This document shows, piece by piece, positions 19,911-30,339 of a DNA stretch of 64,000 nt; within the stretch, counting starts at the first letter, position 1, and every line of letters begins with the position of its first letter. Made by a program: the position numbers and the translations under genes. Source of the stretch: an uncultured Gammaproteobacteria bacterium (lineage in GTDB: Bacteria > Patescibacteriota > Patescibacteriia > Magasanikbacterales > GWA2-37-8); contig CAYXJO010000007.1 in NCBI GenBank assembly GCA_964465205.1, positions 5,228-69,227 of the forward strand, written 5' to 3'. The notes beneath the pieces are model-generated. The model ran no database searches and was not told the origin of the DNA. It worked only from the letters and a program-made list of their open reading frames with translations.

Positions 19911-21968
19911 ATGTCGATTGATTTCCAAAAAGAATTAAATAAAGAACAATTGGATGTGGTGCTCCACGGTGATGGGCCGTGTTTGGTTTTGGCGGGTGCT
20001 GGCAGTGGCAAAACACGTACCATTACCTATCGGGTGGCGTATTTGTTGGAGCAAGGCGTCGCTCCGGAGAATATACTTCTCGTGACTTTTACCAACAAAG
20101 CCGCCGCCGAGATGGTAGAACGCATGCAACATCTCACCGGTCGTAGTGAAAAGTTGCCGTGGGCCGGCACGTTCCACAGTATTGGTCACCGTATTTTGCG
20201 TCAACACGCGCGCGAGTTGGGATATGAAAATAATTTTTCTATTTTGGATAGCGACGACAGCGAATCGATCGTCAAACTTTGCGCCAAAGATTTTTCTGAC
20301 GGCGCGGGCGGCAAGAAGTTTGGCAAATTTCCCTCGACCAAAGTACTGCAGGGGATAATTTCTTTTGCTCGCAATGCCGAGACCACTATCGCCGATGTGC
20401 TTGATGCGCGTTATTCGCAGTTTGGCATGTGGGAAGAGGCGATTACCCAAGTGGTGCGTGAATACGAAGAAAAGAAAAAAGCCGCCAATTCTATGGACTT
20501 TGATGATCTGTTAGTAAACTGGTTGCGCCTACTCAACAATCCGGGAATCTTGAAAAAATATTCCGAACAGTTCAAATATATTTTGGTAGACGAATACCAA
20601 GACACCAACAAAATTCAGGCGTCGATCGTGTGCAAGCTCGCCCAAGCTCATCAAAATATTTTGGCAGTGGGGGATGATGCTCAGAGTATTTATTCTTTCC
20701 GGGCGGCGGATATCGAAAATATTTTACGATTCGAAAAAGTTTTTCCCAAAGCAAAAATTTTTAAGTTGTTGACCAATTATCGTAGTAGTCAAGAGATTCT
20801 GTCAGTGGCCAATTCAGTGATTGCCAACAATCCCAAACAATACAAAAAGGATTTAAAAACTATAATTAAAACCGGGGTGAAGCCGGAATTACGCCCGTTT
20901 GGTGAGGGGGCAGAAGAAGCCAACGCCATTGCCGAAAAGATTGCTTCGCTCATTCGTGGCGGAGTGCCACACAAAGAAATTGCGGTGCTATTCCGCGCGG
21001 CGCACCATAGCCAGCAGTTGGAGTTGGAACTGATGCGTTACGGTATTGATTATGATTATCGCGGTGGTCTGCGGTTTTTTGAACGTTCGCATGTAAAAGA
21101 CGTGTTGGCTTATTTGCGAGTATTAAATAATCTAGCCGACAGTGCCGCCTGGATGCGCGTATTGCTTTACGAAGATGGTATTGGCCCAGCGGCCGCCGGG
21201 AAAATTATCGAACACATTCAGGGTGTAAATAATATTGACGAAGTGCGCGCCGCCGGTGGCAGCTTGAGCGACAAAGCGCGCTCGGGTTGGAATAATTTTT
21301 TACAGATTTGGGATGGTATGTTAGAAATTGGCAAAGGTTCGCCTTCGAAATTAATTTTGCATATTGTCGATTCGCCCTATCGCGAATATTTGACTGCCGA
21401 ACGCATGGACGCCGATGATCGTATAGACGATATCAAGCAGTTGGCGGTATTTGCCGGTAAGTATGATAATTTGGAGGATTTCTTGGCCGAAGCGGCGTTG
21501 CAGGAGGCGTTTACCATTCAAAATAAAAAGAAAAGCGCCGATAAAATTAAAGATGAAAAAATAATTTTGTCGACCATTCATCAATCCAAGGGGTTGGAAT
21601 GGAGCGCGGTGTTTATAATCAATTTGGTGAACGGAGCTTTTCCGCATAGTCGGGCGTTGTCCGAAGAGAATGGAGTCGAAGAAGAGCGTAGGTTGTTTTA
21701 TGTGGCGGTAACTCGTGCTAAAAAATATTTGTATTTTTCGTACCCAATGCAGAGTGGTAAGAATGGTTGGGGAGAGGCGGTATTCCAAGGCCAGAGTCAA
21801 TTTTTGGACGAAATTGGCCCGGAGCTATTAAATGATAAATCGCTTTTGTCCAATCCCACGACTGTACTGCGCGGCGAACTCACTTACGAACCAGATGAAC
21901 AGTCGTATGGTGACAAGCCTCTAAATATTAAGCCCGGAAGTTTTTTGCGGAGCGTGGAGGATTTGTAG
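19911..21968 (+). CDS. pcrA: UvrD/PcrA family DNA helicase
   Basis: LAGAGSGKT, TFTNKAA, VDEYQDTN, GDDAQSIYSFR, KGLEW, EEERRLFYVAVTRA. Confidence 0.93.
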   Translation: MSIDFQKELNKEQLDVVLHGDGPCLVLAGAGSGKTRTITYRVAYLLEQGVAPENILLVTFTNKAAAEMVERMQHLTGRSEKLPWAGTFHSIGHRILRQHARELGYENNFSILDSDDSESIVKLCAKDFSDGAGGKKFGKFPSTKVLQGIISFARNAETTIADVLDARYSQFGMWEEAITQVVREYEEKKKAANSMDFDDLLVNWLRLLNNPGILKKYSEQFKYILVDEYQDTNKIQASIVCKLAQAHQNILAVGDDAQSIYSFRAADIENILRFEKVFPKAKIFKLLTNYRSSQEILSVANSVIANNPKQYKKDLKTIIKTGVKPELRPFGEGAEEANAIAEKIASLIRGGVPHKEIAVLFRAAHHSQQLELELMRYGIDYDYRGGLRFFERSHVKDVLAYLRVLNNLADSAAWMRVLLYEDGIGPAAAGKIIEHIQGVNNIDEVRAAGGSLSDKARSGWNNFLQIWDGMLEIGKGSPSKLILHIVDSPYREYLTAERMDADDRIDDIKQLAVFAGKYDNLEDFLAEAALQEAFTIQNKKKSADKIKDEKIILSTIHQSKGLEWSAVFIINLVNGAFPHSRALSEENGVEEERRLFYVAVTRAKKYLYFSYPMQSGKNGWGEAVFQGQSQFLDEIGPELLNDKSLLSNPTTVLRGELTYEPDEQSYGDKPLNIKPGSFLRSVEDL

Positions 21969-21974
21969 AATAAA

Positions 21975-22084
21975 AATAAAATACGGGAAGTAATTTCTCT
22001 TGAGCGGGTTATGCGCCCACAGGCGCATCCTCGAGCCCTCGCGGGCGAGAAAAGCGAAAGAGATTTTACTTCCCGTATTTTATT
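21975..22084. repeat. Structured palindromic element, copy B (inverted relative to the others)
   Basis: Perfect 19-bp outer inverted repeat; core is the reverse complement of the copy A core. Confidence 0.85.
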
Positions 22085-22090
22085 GTGTGT

Positions 22091-22687
22091 TTACACTCCT
22101 TTTCCACTATACAACGCCGATTTGTTGGCGCTCAATTTTTCTTGCATTTTTTTGTACACATCGTACGGGTTTTTGATATTATCGAAACGGTCGTAAACCA
22201 CCTGGGTGCTGTTGCCACTTTTGTTGTTGGTTGATTGCATTTTGCCGGTATCAATCATGATGGAACCGGTACTAAATATTTTGCCGAGCACACCCACATT
22301 CACAAAGATATTGCGTACCTGATCATAATAGAGAGTAACAATATCTGCACCTACGAATCCGGATTTGATAATTAATCTTTTGCCGGTGATTATGTAATTC
22401 GTGACTTTATATCTCCAATAAGTAAAAATTGGAGTGAGCACTGCCAGTGCGAAAAATACGTAAGATGCAATTCGCGCATAACCAGCGCATTCTGATATTG
22501 GACGCGTCACGCCATTTACTGTGCACGTACCGGTGGTACTGCCGCCCACTTTGTAAAAAATCACCCCGACTACCACCATGATAATAATACCTACGATGCC
22601 CGATACCATAGCGGTGGTAGCATCTTGTTTGCCTTCCCACTCCACGGACTCACTTTGTTCCAATATTTTTTGGATTGTTGCGTCCAT
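22091..22687 (-). CDS. Membrane protein with a bacterial PH domain (bPH_2)
   Basis: Two TMs, then YIITGKRLIIKSG...GKIFSTGSI...IKNP. Confidence 0.8.
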   Translation of the reverse strand: MDATIQKILEQSESVEWEGKQDATTAMVSGIVGIIIMVVVGVIFYKVGGSTTGTCTVNGVTRPISECAGYARIASYVFFALAVLTPIFTYWRYKVTNYIITGKRLIIKSGFVGADIVTLYYDQVRNIFVNVGVLGKIFSTGSIMIDTGKMQSTNNKSGNSTQVVYDRFDNIKNPYDVYKKMQEKLSANKSALYSGKGV

Positions 22688-22795
22688 AATATTAGATTAA
22701 TTAAATTACGAACAGTATTATATCATTTTTTGAGTTTGGTGGTAAAGCGTCGGAGTGGTTGGCAAGTGGGCGCTTTTTTGTTAAGATAAAGCCAT

Positions 22796-23440
22796 ATGCT
22801 TGATACTCGTCGCAAATATTTGCAGATTGCTTACAACGAAAGTATCGCGGCCGCCACCCGTGGTATTTTGGCATTGCCCAAATCCGACAAAATTATCGTA
22901 GAAGTGGGCACAGCCCTAATCAAACAAAAAGGCGAAGAGGCAATTCGAGAGATTAGAAATATTTGGGGTGGCTATCTGGTGGCGGATATCAAATGTATGG
23001 ACCGGGGTGGGGCCGAGGTGGCGATGGTGCGCGATGCGGGCGCGAACGCGGCGACGTGTTTGGGTTGGGCTCCGATCCCAACTATCGATGCTTTTATTTT
23101 CGAGTGCGCACAGCAGGGTGTGGATTCCATGGTGGACATGATGAATATTAAATTCCCGTTTGAGATTTTATCGAAATTAAAAAAGTTGCCAACAGCAGTG
23201 GTGTTGCATCGCGGAGTGGATGAGGGCGAGGGCGGCGCAAAAACGATTCCTTATGCAGATATCACTCGTATTCGCGGTAGTTACAATATTTTGATTTCAG
23301 TAGCGGGTGGAGAAACCGGTCGCGAAGTTATGCGCGCCCATTTCAATGGCGCTAATATCGCTGTAGCTTGGCGCGAATTTAATCCGTTATCAGACGAGGG
23401 CCGAAAAATAATCGCGGAGTTTTTACGTAAAACCAGATAA
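22796..23440 (+). CDS. OMP decarboxylase/3-hexulose-6-phosphate synthase (HUMPS) family protein
   Basis: LQIA, EVGT, DIKCMD, VDMMN, LHRGVD, VAGG. Confidence 0.85.
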   Translation: MLDTRRKYLQIAYNESIAAATRGILALPKSDKIIVEVGTALIKQKGEEAIREIRNIWGGYLVADIKCMDRGGAEVAMVRDAGANAATCLGWAPIPTIDAFIFECAQQGVDSMVDMMNIKFPFEILSKLKKLPTAVVLHRGVDEGEGGAKTIPYADITRIRGSYNILISVAGGETGREVMRAHFNGANIAVAWREFNPLSDEGRKIIAEFLRKTR

Positions 23441-23441
23441 T

Positions 23442-24470
23442 ATGAAGATTGACGGTATTTTTGATAATATTTTTGAAATCGCCTTTTGGGCTTTTGTTAT
23501 TTTTTCTATTTTTCGTAAAAAAAAGAAAAAGTTCGATTTGGCCAGTGGCAAAACTGCACAGCAACTTGCTGACGAGGAATATGGGTTGGTGACAAATGAG
23601 GTGAAGAATCAGGAAACACAAAATGTTTCTACCCCGACTGTGTCGACACCGACTGCCACCACCATCGTGAGCGACAGAATAGAAATTGGTGGGCTGTTAG
23701 GGGCGATAGTGAATTCTCCGGCGGTGAGACAGGCAATACAGCAGGCGCAGAGCAGTAACCAGATGATGCAATTACAGAGTGCTTTCGCGGTGTCCACAGC
23801 GAGTGCCAAGGCGACGCCACTCGACAAAAAACAAAAATATTTACAGATTGCTCTAAATAATACGATTGAAGACGCCAAGCAAATTTTGGGACAATTACCA
23901 AATGCGGATCGTATTTTGGTGGAGGCCGGAACGCCACTTATCAAAAAATATGGATTGGATGTTATTCGTACTATTAAAATGCACAGCAGACGCAGTGCCT
24001 ATGTGGTAGCTGATCTCAAAACAGCGGATATGGGTGAACGCGAAGTGCGGCTCGCGGCGACAGCTGGTGCAGATGGTGTGGTTGCATTGGGTGTGGCGCC
24101 GATTGAAACCCTCGACGCGTTTATTGCTGAATGCCAAAAACAGAAAGTTGACGCCATGATCGATATGATGAATGTGGCTAGTCCACTCGAGATTTTGCAA
24201 AAATTAAAATTATTGCCACAGGTAGTAATTTTACATCGTGGGGTAGACGAAACCGATGCGGATAAAACCAAGTTTATTCCGTATTATCAAATCAATCAGA
24301 TTAAGGGCATGTATAATGTCATGATTGCGGTGGCGGGCGGAGATTCCGAGAAAGATATCGAAAGTGCCGTTTTCAACGGTGCTAATATCGTAGTGTTGTG
24401 GAAACATTTCTACAAATTTGACGGCAACGTCGGTGCTTTAGCACAAGAATTTCTGCAAGAAGTAAAATAA
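23442..24470 (+). CDS. Second HUMPS-family protein with an N-terminal TM and linker
   Basis: EAGTPLIK, DLKTAD, LHRGVD, VAGG; about 125-aa N-terminal extension. Confidence 0.85.
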   Translation: MKIDGIFDNIFEIAFWAFVIFSIFRKKKKKFDLASGKTAQQLADEEYGLVTNEVKNQETQNVSTPTVSTPTATTIVSDRIEIGGLLGAIVNSPAVRQAIQQAQSSNQMMQLQSAFAVSTASAKATPLDKKQKYLQIALNNTIEDAKQILGQLPNADRILVEAGTPLIKKYGLDVIRTIKMHSRRSAYVVADLKTADMGEREVRLAATAGADGVVALGVAPIETLDAFIAECQKQKVDAMIDMMNVASPLEILQKLKLLPQVVILHRGVDETDADKTKFIPYYQINQIKGMYNVMIAVAGGDSEKDIESAVFNGANIVVLWKHFYKFDGNVGALAQEFLQEVK

Positions 24471-24572
24471 AAAACACGGGGGATAACATCTTTTTCGCTT
24501 TTTTCGCCCGCGAGGGCGAAAGGTGGGCCTAATGGCCCAAACCCGCTCAAAAGAAATTATCCCCCGTGTTTT
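24471..24572. repeat. Structured palindromic element, copy C
   Basis: 16-bp outer inverted repeat AAAACACGGGGGATAA/TTATCCCCCGTGTTTT around the same core. Confidence 0.85.
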
Positions 24573-24583
24573 ATTTTAAATAT

Positions 24584-25339
24584 TTATTGCTTTCTACCCG
24601 CACTCAACGCCTTGATGCCGTCCATGATTTCGATCGGCAATGCGAAGATGGTCATCTTGCTCGGATCAGGTTGTAGCTTCTCCATAGTTTGGAGGGTACG
24701 CAGTGAGAGTGCGCCCGGAGTGCGCTGGAGTAGGTCCGCAGCTTTGGCGATGTTTTCCGCAGCCTGAATTTCACCCTGTGCTTTGATAATGATAGCGCGA
24801 CGTTCGCGTTCGGATTCGGCTTGTTTGGCCATGGCGCGTTTCATATCAGCGGGAATTTCAATGTCTTGGATTTTTACATCAGACACATCCACACCCCAAT
24901 TGGTAGTTACTTTGTCGATAATGATTTTGATCTCGGTCGCTATTTTTTCGCGAGCAGTGAGCAGTTCGTCTAATTCTACGCCGCCAATTACATCGCGCAG
25001 TGCGGCCATGGAATATTGGGAAATAGCATAAGTAAAATCGCGTACTTTGAGGGTGGCGTCTTCGGCTTTTTCTACAGTGAAGTACACTACGGCATTGATC
25101 CCTACCGGCACATTGTCTTTGGTAATCACTTCTTGTTGTGGGACATCCACGGTATTCACGCGAATATCTACTTTGTTCATATACTGAATACCTGGAAATA
25201 ACCAGGTGAGACCCGGAGTGCGGGTGCTGGTATATTTACCGAGTGTCAGTACGACTCCGCGTTCATATTGTTTGACCACGCGCAAACCGATGATCACAAA
25301 TACACCAATGATAATCAAGATAATATATATGATAGGCAT
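24584..25339 (-). CDS. SPFH/stomatin (slipin) family protein
   Basis: QYERGVV, QEVITKDNV, MKRAMAKQAESERERRA, LRTLQT. Confidence 0.93.
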   Translation of the reverse strand: MPIIYIILIIIGVFVIIGLRVVKQYERGVVLTLGKYTSTRTPGLTWLFPGIQYMNKVDIRVNTVDVPQQEVITKDNVPVGINAVVYFTVEKAEDATLKVRDFTYAISQYSMAALRDVIGGVELDELLTAREKIATEIKIIIDKVTTNWGVDVSDVKIQDIEIPADMKRAMAKQAESERERRAIIIKAQGEIQAAENIAKAADLLQRTPGALSLRTLQTMEKLQPDPSKMTIFALPIEIMDGIKALSAGRKQ

Positions 25340-25466
25340 ATTAATTTAAATTATTAATAATTATTAGTATTATAGCGCAAGCTATTTGATCTGGCAACTA
25401 CGGTTGTATGTCTTTTTGCTTGTGACAAAATTTGCTATAATACCCGCGTATTAATTAATCAATTAT

Positions 25467-27578
25467 ATGTACTATACACAAGTGCGAAAAATATCGGTAA
25501 CCTGGCTGGTTTTGGCCATTATAGTCGGGTTGGTGGGAGGTTTTTATCCTGGCAGTATCAATTCGGTAAACGCCGCTACCGCCAAGCCTGTATCCAAAAC
25601 AGTGGTAAAAAAACCAGCGACCACCAAAAAAGTTGTCTCTACCAAAAAACCAGCGACCACTTTTAAACAAATCAAAAAGTTTACTTCGGCCAATGATTTC
25701 AAAAATTATGTCATGAAAGGACTCGCCCTGCAGTCCAATTCGTATTCCATGGGGCGAATGAATTTTTCACAGACGACTGCCGAAGTGGCTTTATCTGCAG
25801 CACCGACTATCAATGCAATTAGTGAAAGTGATTTGGGTTTGTCGTCTGGTGCCAAAACCGGTCTGGCCATGAGCCCAAATCCGGCATCAGATTATTCGTC
25901 CACCAATGTACAAGTTTTGGGTATTGATGAGCCGGATATTATCAAAAATAATGGCAAAGAAATTTTTTATTCTACTTGGAGCGTGACACCGGTGGTGAAG
26001 CCGGACAGCTCATCGTCTTTGGCGGTGGCACGACCGGATTATTGGCGTCAATCTGGCGAGACCAAGGTGATCAACGCTTTCCCGCCGGAAGATTTAAAAA
26101 TGATTACGACGATTGATTTAAAAGGAGATTTACTTTTGAGCGGTAACAATTTGGCGGTGTTTACCTATGATAAAATTGTGGGTTATGACATCACCGATCG
26201 CACGAATCCCAAAGCCAAGTGGACGATAAAATACGAAAATAACAACAGACTGGTGGGGGCGCGTTTGTATCAGGGTAAAATATATTTTGTCACTCGACAA
26301 GATATTAATGTGGAAAATCCGTGTCCGATACGACCACTATCTGTGAATGGTATGACCACCGAAATCGTTTGTGCCAATATTTATCACCCCACTGCTTTTG
26401 CTCCGGTGTCCAATGTATTTTCGGTGTTTAGTTTGGATATGAATACGGGCGCAGTGCTCAACAAAAATTCTTTTGTCGGCACCGACAGCTATCAATCGGT
26501 GTTGTATTTTTCGCCTAATGCGATTTATGTAACGTATTATACCGCCGGCAGTGTGTTTGAACGTAATTATTTATTCTTGACCGAAAATGCCGACATGTTA
26601 CCGGCCGGAATAGTAGAAAAATTAAAAAAGTTACGCGGTTATGACATCAGCGACCAAGCCAAGTTATACGAAATGGAATACTTATTGCAGACTTGGGCGT
26701 ATAGTTTGGATCAGAATAGTAACAAAGATGCCAAATTAAAATTGGAAAATGATTTGAACAATCGCGTAGATAAATTTTATGCGCGCCATTTGCGTGAATT
26801 CGAAAAAACCGGAATTGTGAAAATTGGCTTGGATGGTTTGCAGGTGGTGGCGGTAGGGGAAGTGCCGGGGCAATTGTTGAATCAGTTTTCTCTGGATGAA
26901 TATGGTGGTAATTTGCGCGCCGCCGTGACGGTGGGGCAGCGCGGTATGTTGATTTTTGACAACTGGAATAGCCAAAATACCCGTAATGATGTTTATGTGT
27001 TAAATGGCAGTATGCAAACGGTGGGTAGTGTGAAAGATCTGGGCAAAACTGAACGGATCTATTCGGCGCGATTTGTAGGTGATAGGGGATATCTGGTCAC
27101 ATTTCGCCAAACTGATCCATTCTATGTGTTGGATTTGTCCGTGCCTAACAAACCAGTGGTAAAGGGTGAACTCAAGATCCCCGGATATTCTTCTTACCTA
27201 CATCCATTGGGCGAACATCGCGTGTTGGGTATTGGCAAAGAGGACAACAAAGTAAAGGTATCATTGTTTGATGCGAGCGACCCCGCCAATCCAACCGAGC
27301 TCTCTAAATATATTCTAAATGAATATTGGTCGGAGGCGATTAATAATCATCACGCGTTTCTATCCGACAGTCGCCATCAAGTATTCTTCTTGCCTGGTTC
27401 GCAGGGTGGATACATATTCTCGTATGCCAATGGTGAATTGAAGTTGTCCAAGGCCGTGAGCGATATCAATCCAACCCGAGCATTATATATGGACAATTAT
27501 CTATATATTGTGGCCGAAGATAAAATGGTGGTGCTAAATGAGCTTACTTGGGAAAAGGTAAACGAGTATTCGTTCTAA
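25467..27578 (+). CDS. Secreted beta-propeller domain protein
   Basis: YSSTNVQVLGIDEPDIIK, LLNQFSLDEY, ERIYSARF, VTFRQTDP, LKIPGYSSYLHP. Confidence 0.88.
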   Translation: MYYTQVRKISVTWLVLAIIVGLVGGFYPGSINSVNAATAKPVSKTVVKKPATTKKVVSTKKPATTFKQIKKFTSANDFKNYVMKGLALQSNSYSMGRMNFSQTTAEVALSAAPTINAISESDLGLSSGAKTGLAMSPNPASDYSSTNVQVLGIDEPDIIKNNGKEIFYSTWSVTPVVKPDSSSSLAVARPDYWRQSGETKVINAFPPEDLKMITTIDLKGDLLLSGNNLAVFTYDKIVGYDITDRTNPKAKWTIKYENNNRLVGARLYQGKIYFVTRQDINVENPCPIRPLSVNGMTTEIVCANIYHPTAFAPVSNVFSVFSLDMNTGAVLNKNSFVGTDSYQSVLYFSPNAIYVTYYTAGSVFERNYLFLTENADMLPAGIVEKLKKLRGYDISDQAKLYEMEYLLQTWAYSLDQNSNKDAKLKLENDLNNRVDKFYARHLREFEKTGIVKIGLDGLQVVAVGEVPGQLLNQFSLDEYGGNLRAAVTVGQRGMLIFDNWNSQNTRNDVYVLNGSMQTVGSVKDLGKTERIYSARFVGDRGYLVTFRQTDPFYVLDLSVPNKPVVKGELKIPGYSSYLHPLGEHRVLGIGKEDNKVKVSLFDASDPANPTELSKYILNEYWSEAINNHHAFLSDSRHQVFFLPGSQGGYIFSYANGELKLSKAVSDINPTRALYMDNYLYIVAEDKMVVLNELTWEKVNEYSF

Positions 27579-27587
27579 AATTATAAC

Positions 27588-27621
27588 AAAAAAATCACCG
27601 GTGTTGAGCCGGTGGTTTTTT
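27588..27621. terminator. Bidirectional terminator at the distal end of the cassette array
   Basis: A-tract, CACCGG/CCGGTG stem, T-tract. Confidence 0.75.
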
Positions 27622-27623
27622 AT

Positions 27624-28256
27624 TTAAGTTTTAGATTGTGATTGTACAAATTCGTAAAATTGTAAAAAATCTTTGACGATTATGGTCGGATTTTCTCTTT
27701 TCAGGTTTTCTTCATTTTGGTATCCACCCAGGATGCCGACAATAGTTTCGATGCCAGCTTCTTTAGCCTCTATCATGTCGCCGGTGGAGTCGGTGATAAA
27801 AATAACATCTTTTGGATCGATGTGGTATTTCTCAAACAGTAAACGAAACTTTTTTACTTTGCTAGCATGGATTTCATTGCCTAGTATTTCTTTAAAACAA
27901 GATAGTATCTGATGTTTGCGCAGATAGGTTCGGATAATGTCGCTGGTGGTGCTAGATATAATAAAAAGCGGAAAACGTTCGGATAGTTTTTGGATGATCA
28001 GTTGCTTTTGTTCATCGATGTCTAGTTTTTCAAAACGCTTGCCATATTCTTCAAAAAAATTTACTTTGGGACCAAATTCTTCTTCGGATTTGGTTTCGTT
28101 GATATTGCCGTTGAAAAATGATTGGTATTTTTCCAAAGTAAGACTTGGTTTGGATATTTTGTTTATCTCAAAAGCGATTGATAGGGAATCGGCGATTACT
28201 CCGTCGAAGTCAAAGAAAATGCAAACTCTCGTTCCTGTCTTGGGTCTGTTTTCCAT
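27624..28256 (-). CDS. HAD-superfamily hydrolase
   Basis: FDFDGVIADS, ISS, K, ITDSTGD motifs. Confidence 0.9.
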   Translation of the reverse strand: MENRPKTGTRVCIFFDFDGVIADSLSIAFEINKISKPSLTLEKYQSFFNGNINETKSEEEFGPKVNFFEEYGKRFEKLDIDEQKQLIIQKLSERFPLFIISSTTSDIIRTYLRKHQILSCFKEILGNEIHASKVKKFRLLFEKYHIDPKDVIFITDSTGDMIEAKEAGIETIVGILGGYQNEENLKRENPTIIVKDFLQFYEFVQSQSKT

Positions 28257-28294
28257 ATAAAATAAAGATTGTAACAACAAATAAAAAATACCGT

Positions 28295-28792
28295 TTATGG
28301 CTTGGATAAATTATTTAGTATATCTTTAATGGCTTCATCTAAACTTCGGCTGACATCAATATTGGTTCCGTAATCAAACCGGGTAACGAGTCCAAAAACT
28401 GCCACTGTCGCACCTTCACCATATGTTTTGGAACGTTTACTGTCCCTTTCAATACAAACTTCTAGTGGTATTTTGAGCGTAAATATATAGTGCGGAAACG
28501 GCAAATTTTGGATGAGGTGTTCAATAACTTCTTTATGATAAAAGCAAGCGTCAAAAATGATTATTTTGCCGCCCGACAATTTTTCTCTTGCCGCTGGGAT
28601 AACCAGCTCATTTGCTTTTATAAAATTCTCTACTGAAATACAAGGTGCGTTGGGCGGCATTTTATCCAATCCATTTTTTTCGAGTACCTCATCCATTCCA
28701 ATACATTCCGCATCAAGTTTTTGGGCGAGCGTCTCGGCGATAGTAGATTTGCCAGACCCAAGTGGTCCGCGAATTATTATATAGTAGCTCAT
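28295..28792 (-). CDS. P-loop kinase (AAA_33-like)
   Basis: IRGPLGSGKST, IIIFD, CIERD. Confidence 0.85.
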   Translation of the reverse strand: MSYYIIIRGPLGSGKSTIAETLAQKLDAECIGMDEVLEKNGLDKMPPNAPCISVENFIKANELVIPAAREKLSGGKIIIFDACFYHKEVIEHLIQNLPFPHYIFTLKIPLEVCIERDSKRSKTYGEGATVAVFGLVTRFDYGTNIDVSRSLDEAIKDILNNLSKP

Positions 28793-28810
28793 GTTATTTT
28801 TTAGTAATTT

Positions 28811-28868
28811 GCCCAAGCCCCAGTTTAATATGCACTTCTCATTTTTCGCCAGATATACCGTGTTAGGC
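28811..28868 (-). mobile_element. Degenerate attC site 3
   Basis: On the minus strand: R'' GCCTAAC followed by ACGGTATATCTGGC, almost identical to the attC2 arm; the distal half is eroded (CTTGGGC in place of GTTRRRY). Confidence 0.55.
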
Positions 28869-28951
28869 GAGGGCTTAATTAATTACATTATTGATTATAT
28901 ATAAAGAGCAAATAAGAGCGCGGCGCCCCCCGAAGCGTTTGCGAACATACC

Positions 28952-29509
28952 TTATTTCAATAATAATTTAATTGCTTCGTATTTAGGTCTGACAATCTCT
29001 CTGGACTCATCAAAATTTAGTTGTTTCCACTTATTTTCTAGTTTTCGTTTAACAGAATCTTTTGCTTCTTTTCTTGATAGTTTTTCATAATAAAACGCGC
29101 ACTGAAAAAGGCCAGCAATATCGTTAAAAGCACTTAGAGTATCAGCCTCAATCAATATTTTAGCTTCCAATGTTTTAGGTAAAATTTGTTGAGAGCCCCG
29201 GTGCGAAATTATACAGTCCTTAACCCTTTCAATTTTTTCTGGGGGATACCCAAGTTCAGATAATTTTTCTTCTGCAATTTTCGCACCGGTGAGATGATGA
29301 TTTTCTCTACCACAAACAATAGACCCGATATCGTGGAGCCAAGCAGCAATTATCACAATTTCTTTGTCGGCGCCTAATTTATCCGCTAATGCTTCAGAAT
29401 ATTCTACAACTGGAATAAAATGATAAAGAAATGGATCATATCCATAATTGCTGCTTGGCTTTTTGCACTCGCTCTCAACAAATTTTTTAATTTTTTCGAT
29501 TATGTTCAT
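28952..29509 (-). CDS. HD-domain protein (cassette gene)
   Basis: AAWLHDIG, HHLTGA, ISHRG, EAD. Confidence 0.9.
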   Translation of the reverse strand: MNIIEKIKKFVESECKKPSSNYGYDPFLYHFIPVVEYSEALADKLGADKEIVIIAAWLHDIGSIVCGRENHHLTGAKIAEEKLSELGYPPEKIERVKDCIISHRGSQQILPKTLEAKILIEADTLSAFNDIAGLFQCAFYYEKLSRKEAKDSVKRKLENKWKQLNFDESREIVRPKYEAIKLLLK

Positions 29510-29541
29510 ATTTAATAGTAAAAAGCACACTCGTTAATGTC

Positions 29542-29632
29542 GCTGAATATTTCGGTATATATGAAGTCCTGAGTACTCGGAATTTGGGTGAAGGCTCTTG
29601 AAAGAGCCGCAGCCAGATATGCCGCGTTAGAC
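29542..29632 (-). mobile_element. attC site 2
   Basis: On the minus strand: GTCTAAC-G-CGGCATATCTG...ACTTCATATATACCG-AAAT-ATTCAGC; arms 9/11 complementary; GTT mutated to ATT. Confidence 0.7.
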
Positions 29633-29651
29633 GATGTATTTTTTAAAACAA

Positions 29652-30050
29652 TTATCTTATTAATGAAAAAATTTTATCTTTTATGGCATCTCGTACCTTT
29701 CGGGTTTCATCAAGGGTCGCCTCGAAAGGATCGGCAACGTTCCAAAAAATTATTTTCTTCGATTTAAGTAAATAGTCCGGACATTGTTTTTCTTCACACA
29801 TAACTATAATCCTTTCGCTCCCATCTATTATTTTTTGATTAATAGTTTTCACTGTTGCTTGTGAGATATCAATGCCTAATTCAAGCATAGTTTCAACTAT
29901 AATTGGGGCAGGATTTTTATATTTTACCGGCGTATCTTCTTGTATTCCGGCACTCCATGAATTGCTTGAATTTGTGAAATTGTTATAAAAAGCCTCAGCC
30001 ATTTGACTTCTTCCAACATTGCCGTAACAGACGAATAAAAATTTTTTCAT
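29652..30050 (-). CDS. LMW-PTP / ArsC-family arsenate reductase-like protein (cassette gene)
   Basis: CYGNVGRSQMAEA P-loop, SAG, WNVADP, VRDAI. Confidence 0.88.
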   Translation of the reverse strand: MKKFLFVCYGNVGRSQMAEAFYNNFTNSSNSWSAGIQEDTPVKYKNPAPIIVETMLELGIDISQATVKTINQKIIDGSERIIVMCEEKQCPDYLLKSKKIIFWNVADPFEATLDETRKVRDAIKDKIFSLIR

Positions 30051-30086
30051 ATCATTTCGAACGTTGTTTGTTTTAAAAAATATTTC

Positions 30087-30287
30087 ACCTAACGTATCCG
30101 AGTATGCGAAGTTCGCTTTTCGGATTTATTAGTTAATTTTGTTAATTGGCTTGAGTCTATTTTATCGCACTATTCTTTAAATTGCCACCCAACGGAGAAA
30201 AGTGAATTTGGGTCGAAAAAGTTTTGCACTCCTTGATTTAAAAGTCTAATAACGCAAAACTTTTGAGCCGCATACTCGGTGTTGTCT
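30087..30287 (-). mobile_element. attC site 1 (long, about 200 bp)
   Basis: On the minus strand: AGACAAC-A-CCGAGTATGCG...AACTT-CGCATACTCGG-ATAC-GTTAGGT; perfect 11-bp arms. Confidence 0.8.
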
Positions 30288-30339
30288 GATGTAAATTTTT
30301 ATCTTCGTCTTTACTAGTTTAAACTTTGTTTATCGTATA

